A DNA stretch of 64,000 nucleotides from a virus: the IMG/VR virus record IMGVR_UViG_2693429897_000002; one strand, written 5' to 3'. Positions 7,878 to 16,320 of this stretch are shown here, piece by piece. Under the pieces are notes generated by a model, which saw nothing but the letters and a program-made list of their open reading frames with translations, searched no databases and was not told where the DNA came from. The first letter of the stretch is position 1, and every line of letters starts with the position of its first letter. Both the position numbers and the translations under genes were made by a program.

Positions 7878-10198
7878 GCCTCGGGCTCCCCGGTCATCCG
7901 GACAGAAATGCCCTGCCAACGTCGTGCACCGGGGCTGCGGGCCGGACGAAACCCTCGCTGCCGCATCGCTTCGCCTAGCGACTTCTGTGAACCTCTGGGA
8001 ATGCCGTTCCGGTCGGCGAAGCTGGACCAACTGCCGAAGAGATCAGCCGCGGTGGCTCGTTGGGAGGGGCCAGTGATGCACTGCTCTGCAATCCACTGCC
8101 CGAAGAGATCCTCGTCCGCAAAATACTCTTCTACTGCTTCCAGAATCGTGGCCGGCGGCGCGAGTCCGATCCGCTGCCATTCGGTACAGCCCTTGAGCAT
8201 CCAGCCGAGAATGCCGTCGCGTTCTGCGGTGAGAGCGTCTTCGATGGATGCGTCACGTCCTTGATCCGTGAACGTCACGGTGAAGGGCACGAGGTGCAGC
8301 CGCCGCCGCATCGCTTCGCCGACACCGTTCAATCGTGGGCGATGGTTTCCTGAGATGATCAGCTTGAACGAGGGGGCGAATTCGAAGAAGTCGCGGTGCA
8401 TGAACCGCGCCTTGATCGGATCGCCACCGGTGATCGTCTTGATGCGGGTCTCGGCCCAGGCGCGTCCTTCTTCGGTCTCCGTGACAGTCACCAGGCGTGC
8501 GCCGCGCAGTCCTGCGAGGTCAGTTGGATGCCGTTCTCCTGAGGCCGCCATGAAGGTGTCGAGTGGCGCTGTGGTGGCATAGCTGCCCATGACGGCCAAC
8601 AGCGTCTTCAGGAGTACGGATTTGCCGTTGCCGCCAGCGCCATGCAGGAAGAAGAACACCTGTTCCCGCATTGCCCCTGTCAGGCAATAACCGCTCAGCC
8701 GCGCCAGATAGGCGGCAAGTTCGTGGTCGCCACCGGTGATCTCGTCGATGAACCTCTCCCAGCGCGGGCAGCTGGAACCCGGGGATGCGATTGTGATCTG
8801 GGTGAGCATCCGCGCCGGATCGTGGGGAAGCACTTCCCCCGTCGCGAGGTCCACGATTCCATCGGGCGTATTGAGAAGCATCGGTGCCTGGTCCCAGGCG
8901 TCGCTGCTGGTGGCCGTCTGGGGATCCGTTGCGGCGATGCGGAGCACTGCGGCGATGGTCTTATCGGAGGCGATGCGGCGCGCCTCAGAGGGTTTGTCGT
9001 GGCCCACTACAGCGGCCCGGCAAACCTGCCGAACCGCTTCGCGAACCGCGCCAAGCTCGTCTTTCGCCCAGTACGTACCGTCCCAATACATCCAGGTGCC
9101 CCAAATCGCGACGTGGCGCCAGACTTGCCCGACGGTCGCAACGAAGCTGGCGGCAAGAGCATCCTCGCTCAGCTCAGGTATCGGCAGAACAAGGGCGTTC
9201 TTGGCCAGAGCGGCGGGGATTGGCCCGGTGCTCCTTGTGTCGCGCTGGAGGAGAGCGTCGAATTCCTGGCGGAGACGGTCGTCGGGCCAAGGCGGCGCAA
9301 TCACGGCGGCATTGTGGTTCTGGACGGCGTCCCAGGCCTCGTCGAGAGTTATCTGCCCCGATCGCGCCTGCCGGATCCAGTGCCCGATGACCCTCGAGAG
9401 CGCGTCAAAACGCGTGGTCCCGTCGGAACCCCCTTCCCGGATCACGCGAGTCATCAATTGGCGTGCCGTTGGGCCCGGCTTTGCCGTGGGTGTCGATGCG
9501 GGGATTATCGCCTGCCCGGGGAGAACCGGCATTCTTGCCACCGCCTCCGCAAACTCGTCGAGGTCGTACTTTTGTGCAGAGCGGCCGACGATGCGCACGA
9601 TCGCGCGGCGGCCCTGTTTGCCATGGATCGAGCCGGGCACGCGGATTGGCTGATGGGCGCTGCCGAAGGAGGGATCACCTCCGGCCTTCAGAGCAAGGAC
9701 TTTGCGCAACCGACAGATGCGGCCAATGTCGTCACCCCGACCAGCTTCGGTCAGGCACCAGTAGATGTGAAGCTTGTCGGCGCCGTCGCTGGTCTTGCCG
9801 CCGGACGCAACCTCGAGCGTTGCCACGCCAAGATGCTCCACCAGATGGGCGCGCTTGGCCTCAATGTCGCCTTCGTCCAGATCGACGAGAATGACCGCCA
9901 TCTCGCAAACTTCGCGCGCCTTTGCACTGCCTGGCTGAGCCACCGTCCCAGGCACGATGAAGATGCCGCGTCCCTCGCGCGCCGCGCGTTCGGCCTCAAG
10001 CACGATTGTGCCCGCCAGGTACTGGCCGACCGGAGGATACTTGCTCCAAGGCTTGCCAGCCTGCGTACCTTTCTCGGTCAGCAGGCGGACCGGAACGAAG
10101 CCATGAGTGTCGCCAAAGACGAGGTCGAGGAAGTCGGCGATCGCAGTTGCATCGGGAGAAAATTGGTCGGGATGTGGGGGCGTGCGAGAAGCGTTCAT
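7874..10198 (-). CDS. Phage/plasmid primase-helicase (RepB-like primase N-terminus plus P4/D5 SF3 helicase), 774 aa
   Basis: ILVDLDEG, KLHIYW, HQPIRVPGSIH, Walker A GAGGNGKS and ISGNHRP; homologous to 45170-47539; start MNASRT at 10198. Confidence 0.9.
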   Translation of the reverse strand: MNASRTPPHPDQFSPDATAIADFLDLVFGDTHGFVPVRLLTEKGTQAGKPWSKYPPVGQYLAGTIVLEAERAAREGRGIFIVPGTVAQPGSAKAREVCEMAVILVDLDEGDIEAKRAHLVEHLGVATLEVASGGKTSDGADKLHIYWCLTEAGRGDDIGRICRLRKVLALKAGGDPSFGSAHQPIRVPGSIHGKQGRRAIVRIVGRSAQKYDLDEFAEAVARMPVLPGQAIIPASTPTAKPGPTARQLMTRVIREGGSDGTTRFDALSRVIGHWIRQARSGQITLDEAWDAVQNHNAAVIAPPWPDDRLRQEFDALLQRDTRSTGPIPAALAKNALVLPIPELSEDALAASFVATVGQVWRHVAIWGTWMYWDGTYWAKDELGAVREAVRQVCRAAVVGHDKPSEARRIASDKTIAAVLRIAATDPQTATSSDAWDQAPMLLNTPDGIVDLATGEVLPHDPARMLTQITIASPGSSCPRWERFIDEITGGDHELAAYLARLSGYCLTGAMREQVFFFLHGAGGNGKSVLLKTLLAVMGSYATTAPLDTFMAASGERHPTDLAGLRGARLVTVTETEEGRAWAETRIKTITGGDPIKARFMHRDFFEFAPSFKLIISGNHRPRLNGVGEAMRRRLHLVPFTVTFTDQGRDASIEDALTAERDGILGWMLKGCTEWQRIGLAPPATILEAVEEYFADEDLFGQWIAEQCITGPSQRATAADLFGSWSSFADRNGIPRGSQKSLGEAMRQRGFRPARSPGARRWQGISVRMTGEPEA

Positions 10199-10422
10199 GC
10201 TGGTTCTCCCCCAATCCGGCGGGACGCATCCTCGAAGGCGATGATGTCGTTGGAGCGGTAGAAGACACTGCCGCCGATCTGCAGGTAGGCAGGGCCGGTG
10301 CCCGCCCGACGCCACCTTTGCAAGGTACGGACGGATTTGTTCCAGCGTTTTGCGACGATGTGTTCGGGTAAAATCGGGCCGTCCCGATGTCCCGCACCCT
10401 CCTGGTCACATTGATGTTGCAT
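10195..10422 (-). CDS. Xis/AlpA-like helix-turn-helix protein
   Basis: VAKRWNKSVRTLQRWRRAGTGPAYLQIGGSVFYR is a typical HTH_17/excisionase pattern; 4-nt overlap with the primase start. Confidence 0.85.
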   Translation of the reverse strand: MQHQCDQEGAGHRDGPILPEHIVAKRWNKSVRTLQRWRRAGTGPAYLQIGGSVFYRSNDIIAFEDASRRIGGEPA

Positions 10423-10502
10423 GCCTGATCTCCTGCGGCACCAAAATCGGCACCTAACTCATACATAATGACGTGAAATCAGTGTGTTACGCGAGGATCG
10501 TG

Positions 10503-10610
10503 GCGTGACGCCTCCCGTCGCGCTCCGTGACATTTTGGCGGGAAAAATGCAGGAAATACCGTGCGTCAAGCGTTGCTGCGTGACACGAACGCGCTGCTCC
10601 GTGACATTCT
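10503..10610. repeat. Two tandem copies of a bipartite GCGTGAC-N-GCTCCGTGACATT direct repeat (operator or iteron candidate)
   Basis: CGTGAC at 10504, 10526, 10579 and 10600 (spacings 22 and 21 bp, about two helical turns); the second site of each pair reads GCTCCGTGACATT. Confidence 0.7.
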
Positions 10611-10644
10611 TGGAGAATCGGTCATCGTCGGGCGATTGCGTTTG

Positions 10645-12537
10645 CTACTTCGATTGGTCCCGATCCACGATCTTGCAGGTCGGATCGAGTCGGTAGCCGC
10701 GCTGCGGCTTGTTCTCGATTAGCAGATCCCGTGGCGGGTCATGCCCCTCAATTGCACGGTAGAATTCCGCCAGCGCGTCCCGGCAACGCTGCACGCATTT
10801 GCGCACAGCAGCTTTGCTGACATGAACGGGAAGGAACAGGGACATTGCCGGAACGAAGGTGTGGTTGTCGGAGTTCAGCCCTTTCTTCTGGTCCTCTTCG
10901 TAAGCCGGGCGCAGCAGGTGGGCGGCGCTGGCGGACCGCCCGCGTACCTCGCCGAGGCCTCTGACTGTGATGAGGTCATCCTTACCGTCATTGTGAAACG
11001 CAACCTGCAGGGGAAAGATGCCCGTATCGCGCGTGCCCGCGTCGAGGGTAGGCGCGGCGACAGAGGGCTCTGCAGAAACATACCTGCCACGCGCGAGGCG
11101 GGGCAGGCTTGGCGTTCCTGGCGGATCATTGAGATAAAGGCGCAGAAGGGAAGTCACAGGCAAACTTCGAGAGACAAGGTCGGGCGCATATTTGGCGACG
11201 GCGTCTTCGAGGGCCTTTTTGACAGTGTTCGAATGGCGCTGGTGCAGGGCAATGATCCGCTGCAAGGCGTCGGTTCCGGAAAGGTTTGGGAGGCCTTCGA
11301 CGATCCGTAGCAACTCGCTGCCGAAGCGATCCATCCAGTCTCGCTGGCTGAGGTCTGCCAGCCGACAGGCATGTGCTATCCAATCGAGCGCAATGGTGCG
11401 CGATCGCCCTGCATCGCGCGCGCCGCTGATGACGTCGGTGAGGTACATATCGTCCGGTTCGTGAACGTGCAGACCGGTGGCCAGCATGGCAAAGCGCCGG
11501 TCGAGACATTGCGAGCAGGCTCCGCAGTGGGTGTGCAGTACCGATTGATCGCGGACCTGAGTGCAACTTATCGATGTCTTGATCAGATCGGCCCCGCCAT
11601 TCTCGGTAAGACGCGTGATCACCTCCGCCTTGGTCAACCAGGCAAAGCGGTTCTCTATCGGGATGGGCGAGCCACCCAAGGTGTCGAGAAAGGCCCCGAG
11701 TTTGACGAGCGACAGAGGATGCGTGGTGCGGGTGGCCATGGTGCCGATCACCTGAGTACTGATCGGGAGGTTATGACTGACGATCCCGTTTTCGTAGAAG
11801 GCGATCCGTTTTGCGCCCAGCATGCGGGCCACCACATAGGCGAGCGATGCGAAGAGAAAGGATCGGGATCTTTGTGTGGTTTCTGCGGCCTCAGAACCCT
11901 TGCGTGTGGCGCGGATGGGGATGTGCAGGATGCGACCAGGAAAGCGCTTCTTCAACGCTTCTATGAGGAGTTTCTGATGCTTTATGATCTTGTTCGCCGA
12001 GAGGTGCGTGACGAGGGCGATGCGCCCTGGCCCTTGGGTCAATCGCTCTACCGCGCCGGAGAGCGAGTCGAGCCCCCCAGAAAACAGGAGGACATCCTCG
12101 ATCTGACCACTATGCGCGGAATCCCCCGCAAAGTCGAAATACTGCTGCGGGCCAATGCTTTGGCGCCCTTTGTGAAACTCGAACGCCACCTCGTCGTCGG
12201 TCAGAAACTCGACGGCGTCGACAAGAGCCGCCGTGACTTCGGGACGATTCCAGATATCGGGGCTGCGCACAGGGATGCTGAAGGTCATTCGCCGCCGCCA
12301 CCCCGCGCCGAACTCGGGCCGGGTCGCGCCACCGCGCGGAACGGAACTGTCGGCGGCGAAGACCGACGCAGCAACATCAAGAAGGTCGAGGAGAAGCTCG
12401 TTGGCGGGCACCAGCAATTGATGCTCGATTGGGTCTGTCTGCAGGTCGAACGTGGGGTTTGCGCCATTGATCCGGATGACCATGTCCCGCACGCGGTCTT
12501 GTGACCCAGTCTCGACCCGAACCAATGTCTCAGTCAT
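10645..12537 (-). CDS. QueC-like (QatC/Cap9-like) PP-loop enzyme with C-terminal winged-helix DNA-binding domain, 630 aa
   Basis: LLFSGGLDS PP-loop; QRSRSFLF, ENGIVS, TRTTHP and Zn site SC...HCGACSQCLDRR; C-terminal AVRKCVQRCRDAL...IENKPQRGYRL resembles an OmpR-type wHTH; start MTETLV overlaps the partner stop (ATGACTGA). Confidence 0.85.
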   Translation of the reverse strand: MTETLVRVETGSQDRVRDMVIRINGANPTFDLQTDPIEHQLLVPANELLLDLLDVAASVFAADSSVPRGGATRPEFGAGWRRRMTFSIPVRSPDIWNRPEVTAALVDAVEFLTDDEVAFEFHKGRQSIGPQQYFDFAGDSAHSGQIEDVLLFSGGLDSLSGAVERLTQGPGRIALVTHLSANKIIKHQKLLIEALKKRFPGRILHIPIRATRKGSEAAETTQRSRSFLFASLAYVVARMLGAKRIAFYENGIVSHNLPISTQVIGTMATRTTHPLSLVKLGAFLDTLGGSPIPIENRFAWLTKAEVITRLTENGGADLIKTSISCTQVRDQSVLHTHCGACSQCLDRRFAMLATGLHVHEPDDMYLTDVISGARDAGRSRTIALDWIAHACRLADLSQRDWMDRFGSELLRIVEGLPNLSGTDALQRIIALHQRHSNTVKKALEDAVAKYAPDLVSRSLPVTSLLRLYLNDPPGTPSLPRLARGRYVSAEPSVAAPTLDAGTRDTGIFPLQVAFHNDGKDDLITVRGLGEVRGRSASAAHLLRPAYEEDQKKGLNSDNHTFVPAMSLFLPVHVSKAAVRKCVQRCRDALAEFYRAIEGHDPPRDLLIENKPQRGYRLDPTCKIVDRDQSK

Positions 12538-13312
12538 CGGCACCCCGTTTGTGGCGGAGTTCTTCGGAAATCTTCTTGAAGGCCACGGCGCCAAACACCG
12601 TCGCCTGCTGCGTTGAGATGGCGCCGTCCCGATAGACGGTCTTGCCGTACCATCCGCCGGCAAACTCCCGAATGATGCGGGTGGCCTCAAAACAATACTG
12701 GGTCAGGGCGGCGTCGAAGCCCGAGCGAGCTTCCATGCTCCGAAAGCGCAGGCCGTCTCCGACATGTGCAGAGAGGGTCCGGTCGAGCCAAGAGTGCAAT
12801 GTGTCAGACAGTAGCCGCGTGTAAAAGCTACGCGCAAGAGAAGAAAACCGTGCGGATTGCGCAAAGCCGCGCGCAGCATCCCGAACATCGCTAGGTGTTG
12901 CTTCGAACAGGCTCGGCATGGCGTCCGTCATTGCGCTCGAGAGGGTCGAGAGCAGCGCCTTGCGTGCGAGTTCCCCGAAATCGCTGCGGTGCCCGAGGCT
13001 GCGCGCGACAAGATCAAGGTGCCGCCCCGTGGCAGAGAGGATTTGCAGGAGGTCCGGCGACGAGGCGACAGCAATATCAAGATCGCGCAAACCTTGGCCG
13101 AAGTCTGGCGATCGGGCCGCTTGCGGGATCATGGCGAGCAGGCGAACGCATTCGACGAAGAGCGGATCGTGTGCGGCTCGATCCAGGTCACGCTCGGCGG
13201 CAAGCGCGCTGGCTTGCAGAACCTCTTCATCCGGAAGGCCGTCTTCCAGAAGTGCCACGACCTCGCGCCACTTCTTCGAACTGGGCAGAACGCCAAGATG
13301 AATATGGCCCAT
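12530..13312 (-). CDS. Hypothetical alpha-helical partner of the QueC-like enzyme (possibly QatB-analogous), 260 aa
   Basis: Clean ORF starting MGHIHLG, translationally coupled to the QueC-like gene; function inferred from context only. Confidence 0.75.
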   Translation of the reverse strand: MGHIHLGVLPSSKKWREVVALLEDGLPDEEVLQASALAAERDLDRAAHDPLFVECVRLLAMIPQAARSPDFGQGLRDLDIAVASSPDLLQILSATGRHLDLVARSLGHRSDFGELARKALLSTLSSAMTDAMPSLFEATPSDVRDAARGFAQSARFSSLARSFYTRLLSDTLHSWLDRTLSAHVGDGLRFRSMEARSGFDAALTQYCFEATRIIREFAGGWYGKTVYRDGAISTQQATVFGAVAFKKISEELRHKRGADD

Positions 13313-13585
13313 TGGTTCTGGTTCCCTAGCGCGTAAGGGATTTCAACCCTGCGGTGAGCGTATTGTCAATTCAAAGATGGCATGGGTGGTTCGGCCGCGG
13401 CGGAGGTCTTCGGTACCTCATGATCACATGACGGATGTGACAGTAGGATTGGTAATTGTTTCCACGTGCGCGCGTGAGACAGAAACCCTTTTCTTCTGTC
13501 ATATCCGTCATACGCAATTACACCTCGGACTCTTGCGCGTTGGGAAGAGCGATGGCGCGAATGCTTTTGGCGTGGCATGACGCAC

Positions 13586-13643
13586 AATGTCGAGAAATGT
13601 CAAATAATGTCATTTTTACAATAGTTTACGCCTTTGATATACT
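13586..13643 (+). promoter_or_regulatory. Sigma70-like promoter of the rightward operon, preceded by three 10-bp-phased AATGTC boxes
   Basis: TTTACA (13615-13620) N17 TATACT (13638-13643); AATGTC at 13586, 13596 and 13606. Confidence 0.7.
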
Positions 13644-13702
13644 GCCCCTAAGGCATCCGTCCCCGCGATTTTGTCTAGCCGGGGGTCAGCAGGGGATCAG
13701 GC

Positions 13703-15004
13703 ATGACGAAGGCAGTGCGAGGCGACGAGATCGGGGCTGTTCCGCAAGACCGGGCGGCACTGGCGAGCGGGGCGGGCCTCGCGATCACACACCGCCCGCT
13801 CGGGGATCTGGTGCCCTATGCGCGCAATGCTCGCACCCACAGTGAGGCGCAGGTGGCGTTGCTGGCCGGGGCGATCCGGGAATACGGGTTCACCAATCCT
13901 GTGCTGGTCGATGGCGAGAATGGCATTATCGCGGGACATGGCCGGGTGATGGCGGCGCGCAAGCTTGGCCTCGCGACGGTGCCGGTGATCGAGTTGGGCC
14001 ATCTCACGGAGGCGCAGAAGCGGGCCTACATCCTCGCCGACAACCGGTTAGCGGAACAGGCGGGTTGGGACAGCACGATGCTGGCGCTGGAGGTGGGCGA
14101 GCTCGATGCGCTCGGCCTCGATCTTGGCACGCTGGGATTCGAGCCCCGTGAGATCGATGCGCTGCTGCGCGGCGATGCGGCCGACCCGCGCGAGGACGAG
14201 GTGCCCGAGGCGCCGGCCGTTTCGACCTCCCGGCTGGGCGATCTGTGGCAGTTGGGCGCGCACCGGCTGCTGTGCGGCGATGCCACGGACGCGGGCGGCG
14301 TGACGCGGCTTTTGGCGGGTGTTGCGCCGCACCTAATGGTCACCGATCCGCCCTACGGCGTGATGTATGATCCCGACTGGCGCAACCGGGCCGGGGCCTC
14401 TGAGACCAAACGGACGGGCAAAGTCCTTAACGACGACCGAGCCGACTGGCGCGCCGCCTGGGCGCTCTTTCCCGGCGACGTGGCCTATGTCTGGCATGGG
14501 GCGCTGCATGCCACCACGGTTGCGGACAGCCTCGAGGCCGCGGGGTTCAATGTCCGCTCGCAGATCATCTGGGCGAAGGAGCGGCTGGTGCTGAGCCGCG
14601 GCGACTATCATTGGCAGCACGAACCCTGCTGGTACGCGGTGCGCAAGGCCGCGACGGGGCACTGGAGCGGCGATCGCAAGCAAACCACGCTCTGGCAGAT
14701 TGCCAGCCGCGATCAGGATGCCGAGACCATCCACGGCACGCAAAAGCCGGTCGAATGCATGCGCCGGCCGATCCTGAACAACTCCAGCCCGGGGCAGGCG
14801 GTTTATGAACCCTTCTCCGGATCGGGGACGACGATCATTGCCGCGGAAAGCACGGGACGCGCGTGCTACGCCATCGAGCTTGATCCGGCCTATGTCGATG
14901 TGGCGATCCTGCGCTGGCAGGCGTTCACGGGGCAGAAGGCACGGCTTGAGGGGGGCGAAAGTTTCGCCGAAATCGCAGTCGCGCGTTCGGAGGGCGCGCC
15001 ATGA
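13703..15004 (+). CDS. ParB-like N-terminal domain fused to an N6/N4 DNA methyltransferase
   Basis: PYARNARTHS, IIAGHGRV and YILADNRLAE (ParB); TDPPY, HGTQKPVE and VYEPFSGSGTT (MTase). Confidence 0.92.
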   Translation: MTKAVRGDEIGAVPQDRAALASGAGLAITHRPLGDLVPYARNARTHSEAQVALLAGAIREYGFTNPVLVDGENGIIAGHGRVMAARKLGLATVPVIELGHLTEAQKRAYILADNRLAEQAGWDSTMLALEVGELDALGLDLGTLGFEPREIDALLRGDAADPREDEVPEAPAVSTSRLGDLWQLGAHRLLCGDATDAGGVTRLLAGVAPHLMVTDPPYGVMYDPDWRNRAGASETKRTGKVLNDDRADWRAAWALFPGDVAYVWHGALHATTVADSLEAAGFNVRSQIIWAKERLVLSRGDYHWQHEPCWYAVRKAATGHWSGDRKQTTLWQIASRDQDAETIHGTQKPVECMRRPILNNSSPGQAVYEPFSGSGTTIIAAESTGRACYAIELDPAYVDVAILRWQAFTGQKARLEGGESFAEIAVARSEGAP

Positions 15005-15261
15005 GACAGTCACACCGCCTTTTCACGCTCAAGGCCGCGGCCAATGTCGCGGTCGGCTATGGTGTCACCGCGCTGCTGCAACTCGCGCTGTTCCCGGTGG
15101 CGGGCCTTAGCCTGCCGCTGGTCCAGTCACTGAAGCTCGACCTCGCCTTCACGCTGGCCTGGCTCGCACGCATCTATGTACTCCGGCGTGCCTTCGCGCG
15201 GTGGGGGCGCGAGAGCAGGCGCGCAACTACCTCCCAGCCTGATCTCGCCGGGGGTGCTTGA
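15001..15261 (+). CDS. Small hydrophobic phage protein (DUF7220-like)
   Basis: MRQSHR...ANVAVGYG homologous to 51739-51963; ATGA overlap with the upstream gene. Confidence 0.6.
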   Translation: MRQSHRLFTLKAAANVAVGYGVTALLQLALFPVAGLSLPLVQSLKLDLAFTLAWLARIYVLRRAFARWGRESRRATTSQPDLAGGA

Positions 15262-15692
15262 TGGCACGCCAGCCGATGCAGTTCTCGGATGTGCAGAAGG
15301 CCGAGGTCGAAACCCTGGCCGCAGTGCTGTCGTCCGAGCAGATCGCCGATTACTTCGGGATCGGGCGGCGCACCTTCTATGACATGATGGCGCGCGACGA
15401 GGAAATCGCCGCACGCTATAAACGCGGCAAGGCCAAGGCGATCGGGGCGATAGCCCAGGGTCTGATCACCAAGGCGCGCAGCGGAGATACAGCATGCATG
15501 ATCTTCTATCTCAAGACGCAAGGCGGCTGGCGGGAGACCGCGGTCGTCGAACATGCCACCGTGCCTGATGACAGCACAGTAGCGCAGCGCCCGGTGAGGC
15601 AAATCCTGCTCGAGAGGTTGAATGCGCTGGCCCTCCGGCAGCAAGGAGTGCCGGACCTGATCGAGGGCGTGGTCGGGACGAGCGGGTCATGA
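15258..15692 (+). CDS. HTH protein resembling a phage terminase small subunit / DNA-packaging protein
   Basis: EQIADYFGIGRRTFY HTH followed by YKRGKAKAIGAIAQGLITKARSGDTACMIFYLKTQGGWRE. Confidence 0.6.
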   Translation: MMARQPMQFSDVQKAEVETLAAVLSSEQIADYFGIGRRTFYDMMARDEEIAARYKRGKAKAIGAIAQGLITKARSGDTACMIFYLKTQGGWRETAVVEHATVPDDSTVAQRPVRQILLERLNALALRQQGVPDLIEGVVGTSGS

Positions 15693-16207
15693 TGCGCGGT
15701 CGCAAACCAAAGCCCACGGCGATCCGGTTGATCGATGGTAACCCCGGCAAGCGCGGCTACAACGCTGACGAGCCGGTGGCGCCAGAGGGGGAGATCGACT
15801 GCCCGCCCCATCTGTCGGACGTGGCCACCGAGGAGTGGCGGCGTATCGCGGGGGCGCTTCAGGACATGGGCGTGGTGACGTTGGTCGACCGCGCGGCGCT
15901 GGCGGCCTATTGCCAGTCGTACGGCCGCTGGGTCGAGGCCGAGGAAAAGCTGAAGGAGACGCCGACGCTGGTGAAGACGGCCTCGGGCTACATCCAGCAG
16001 AACCCCTGGCTTACCGTCGCCAACAAGCAGCTTGAACTGATGGGGCGCTACATGGGCGAGCTTGGCATCACACCTGCATCGCGGAGCCGGGTCGCCGCGT
16101 TCCAGAAGGATGCCGGTCCGCAGGTCACGACGATCCGAATTATCGGCGGCCTGCCGCAGGACGGCGATGCCGGAACGATTGATGCGAGCGACATCGATCT
16201 TCTGTAG
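15689..16207 (+). CDS. Phage terminase small subunit, P27 family
   Basis: MRGRKPKPTAIRLIDGNPGKR...LAAYCQSYGRW...NPWL...ELGITPASRSR. Confidence 0.88.
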   Translation: MMRGRKPKPTAIRLIDGNPGKRGYNADEPVAPEGEIDCPPHLSDVATEEWRRIAGALQDMGVVTLVDRAALAAYCQSYGRWVEAEEKLKETPTLVKTASGYIQQNPWLTVANKQLELMGRYMGELGITPASRSRVAAFQKDAGPQVTTIRIIGGLPQDGDAGTIDASDIDLL

Positions 16208-16282
16208 CCGCTTGGGGCCGCCGCCAGCCAAAAATCCGAATTCGGATCAATACCTTGCCGTACACTCTGCTCGCTTTTGATG

Positions 16283-16320
16283 GTACACAACTGCGCAACG
16301 AACGTTAGGCAGGTGTGTAC
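16283..16320. promoter_or_regulatory. Probable res/crossover site of the resolvase
   Basis: 12-bp inverted repeat GTACACAACTGC / GCAGGTGTGTAC (1 mismatch) around a central AACGAACGTT, overlapping the resolvase start. Confidence 0.55.

Noticed and set aside
10645-12537. Housekeeping queC for queuosine biosynthesis
   Set aside because: At 630 aa it is far larger than canonical QueC (about 230 aa), has N- and C-terminal extensions, has no queD/queE neighbours and sits in a mobile element
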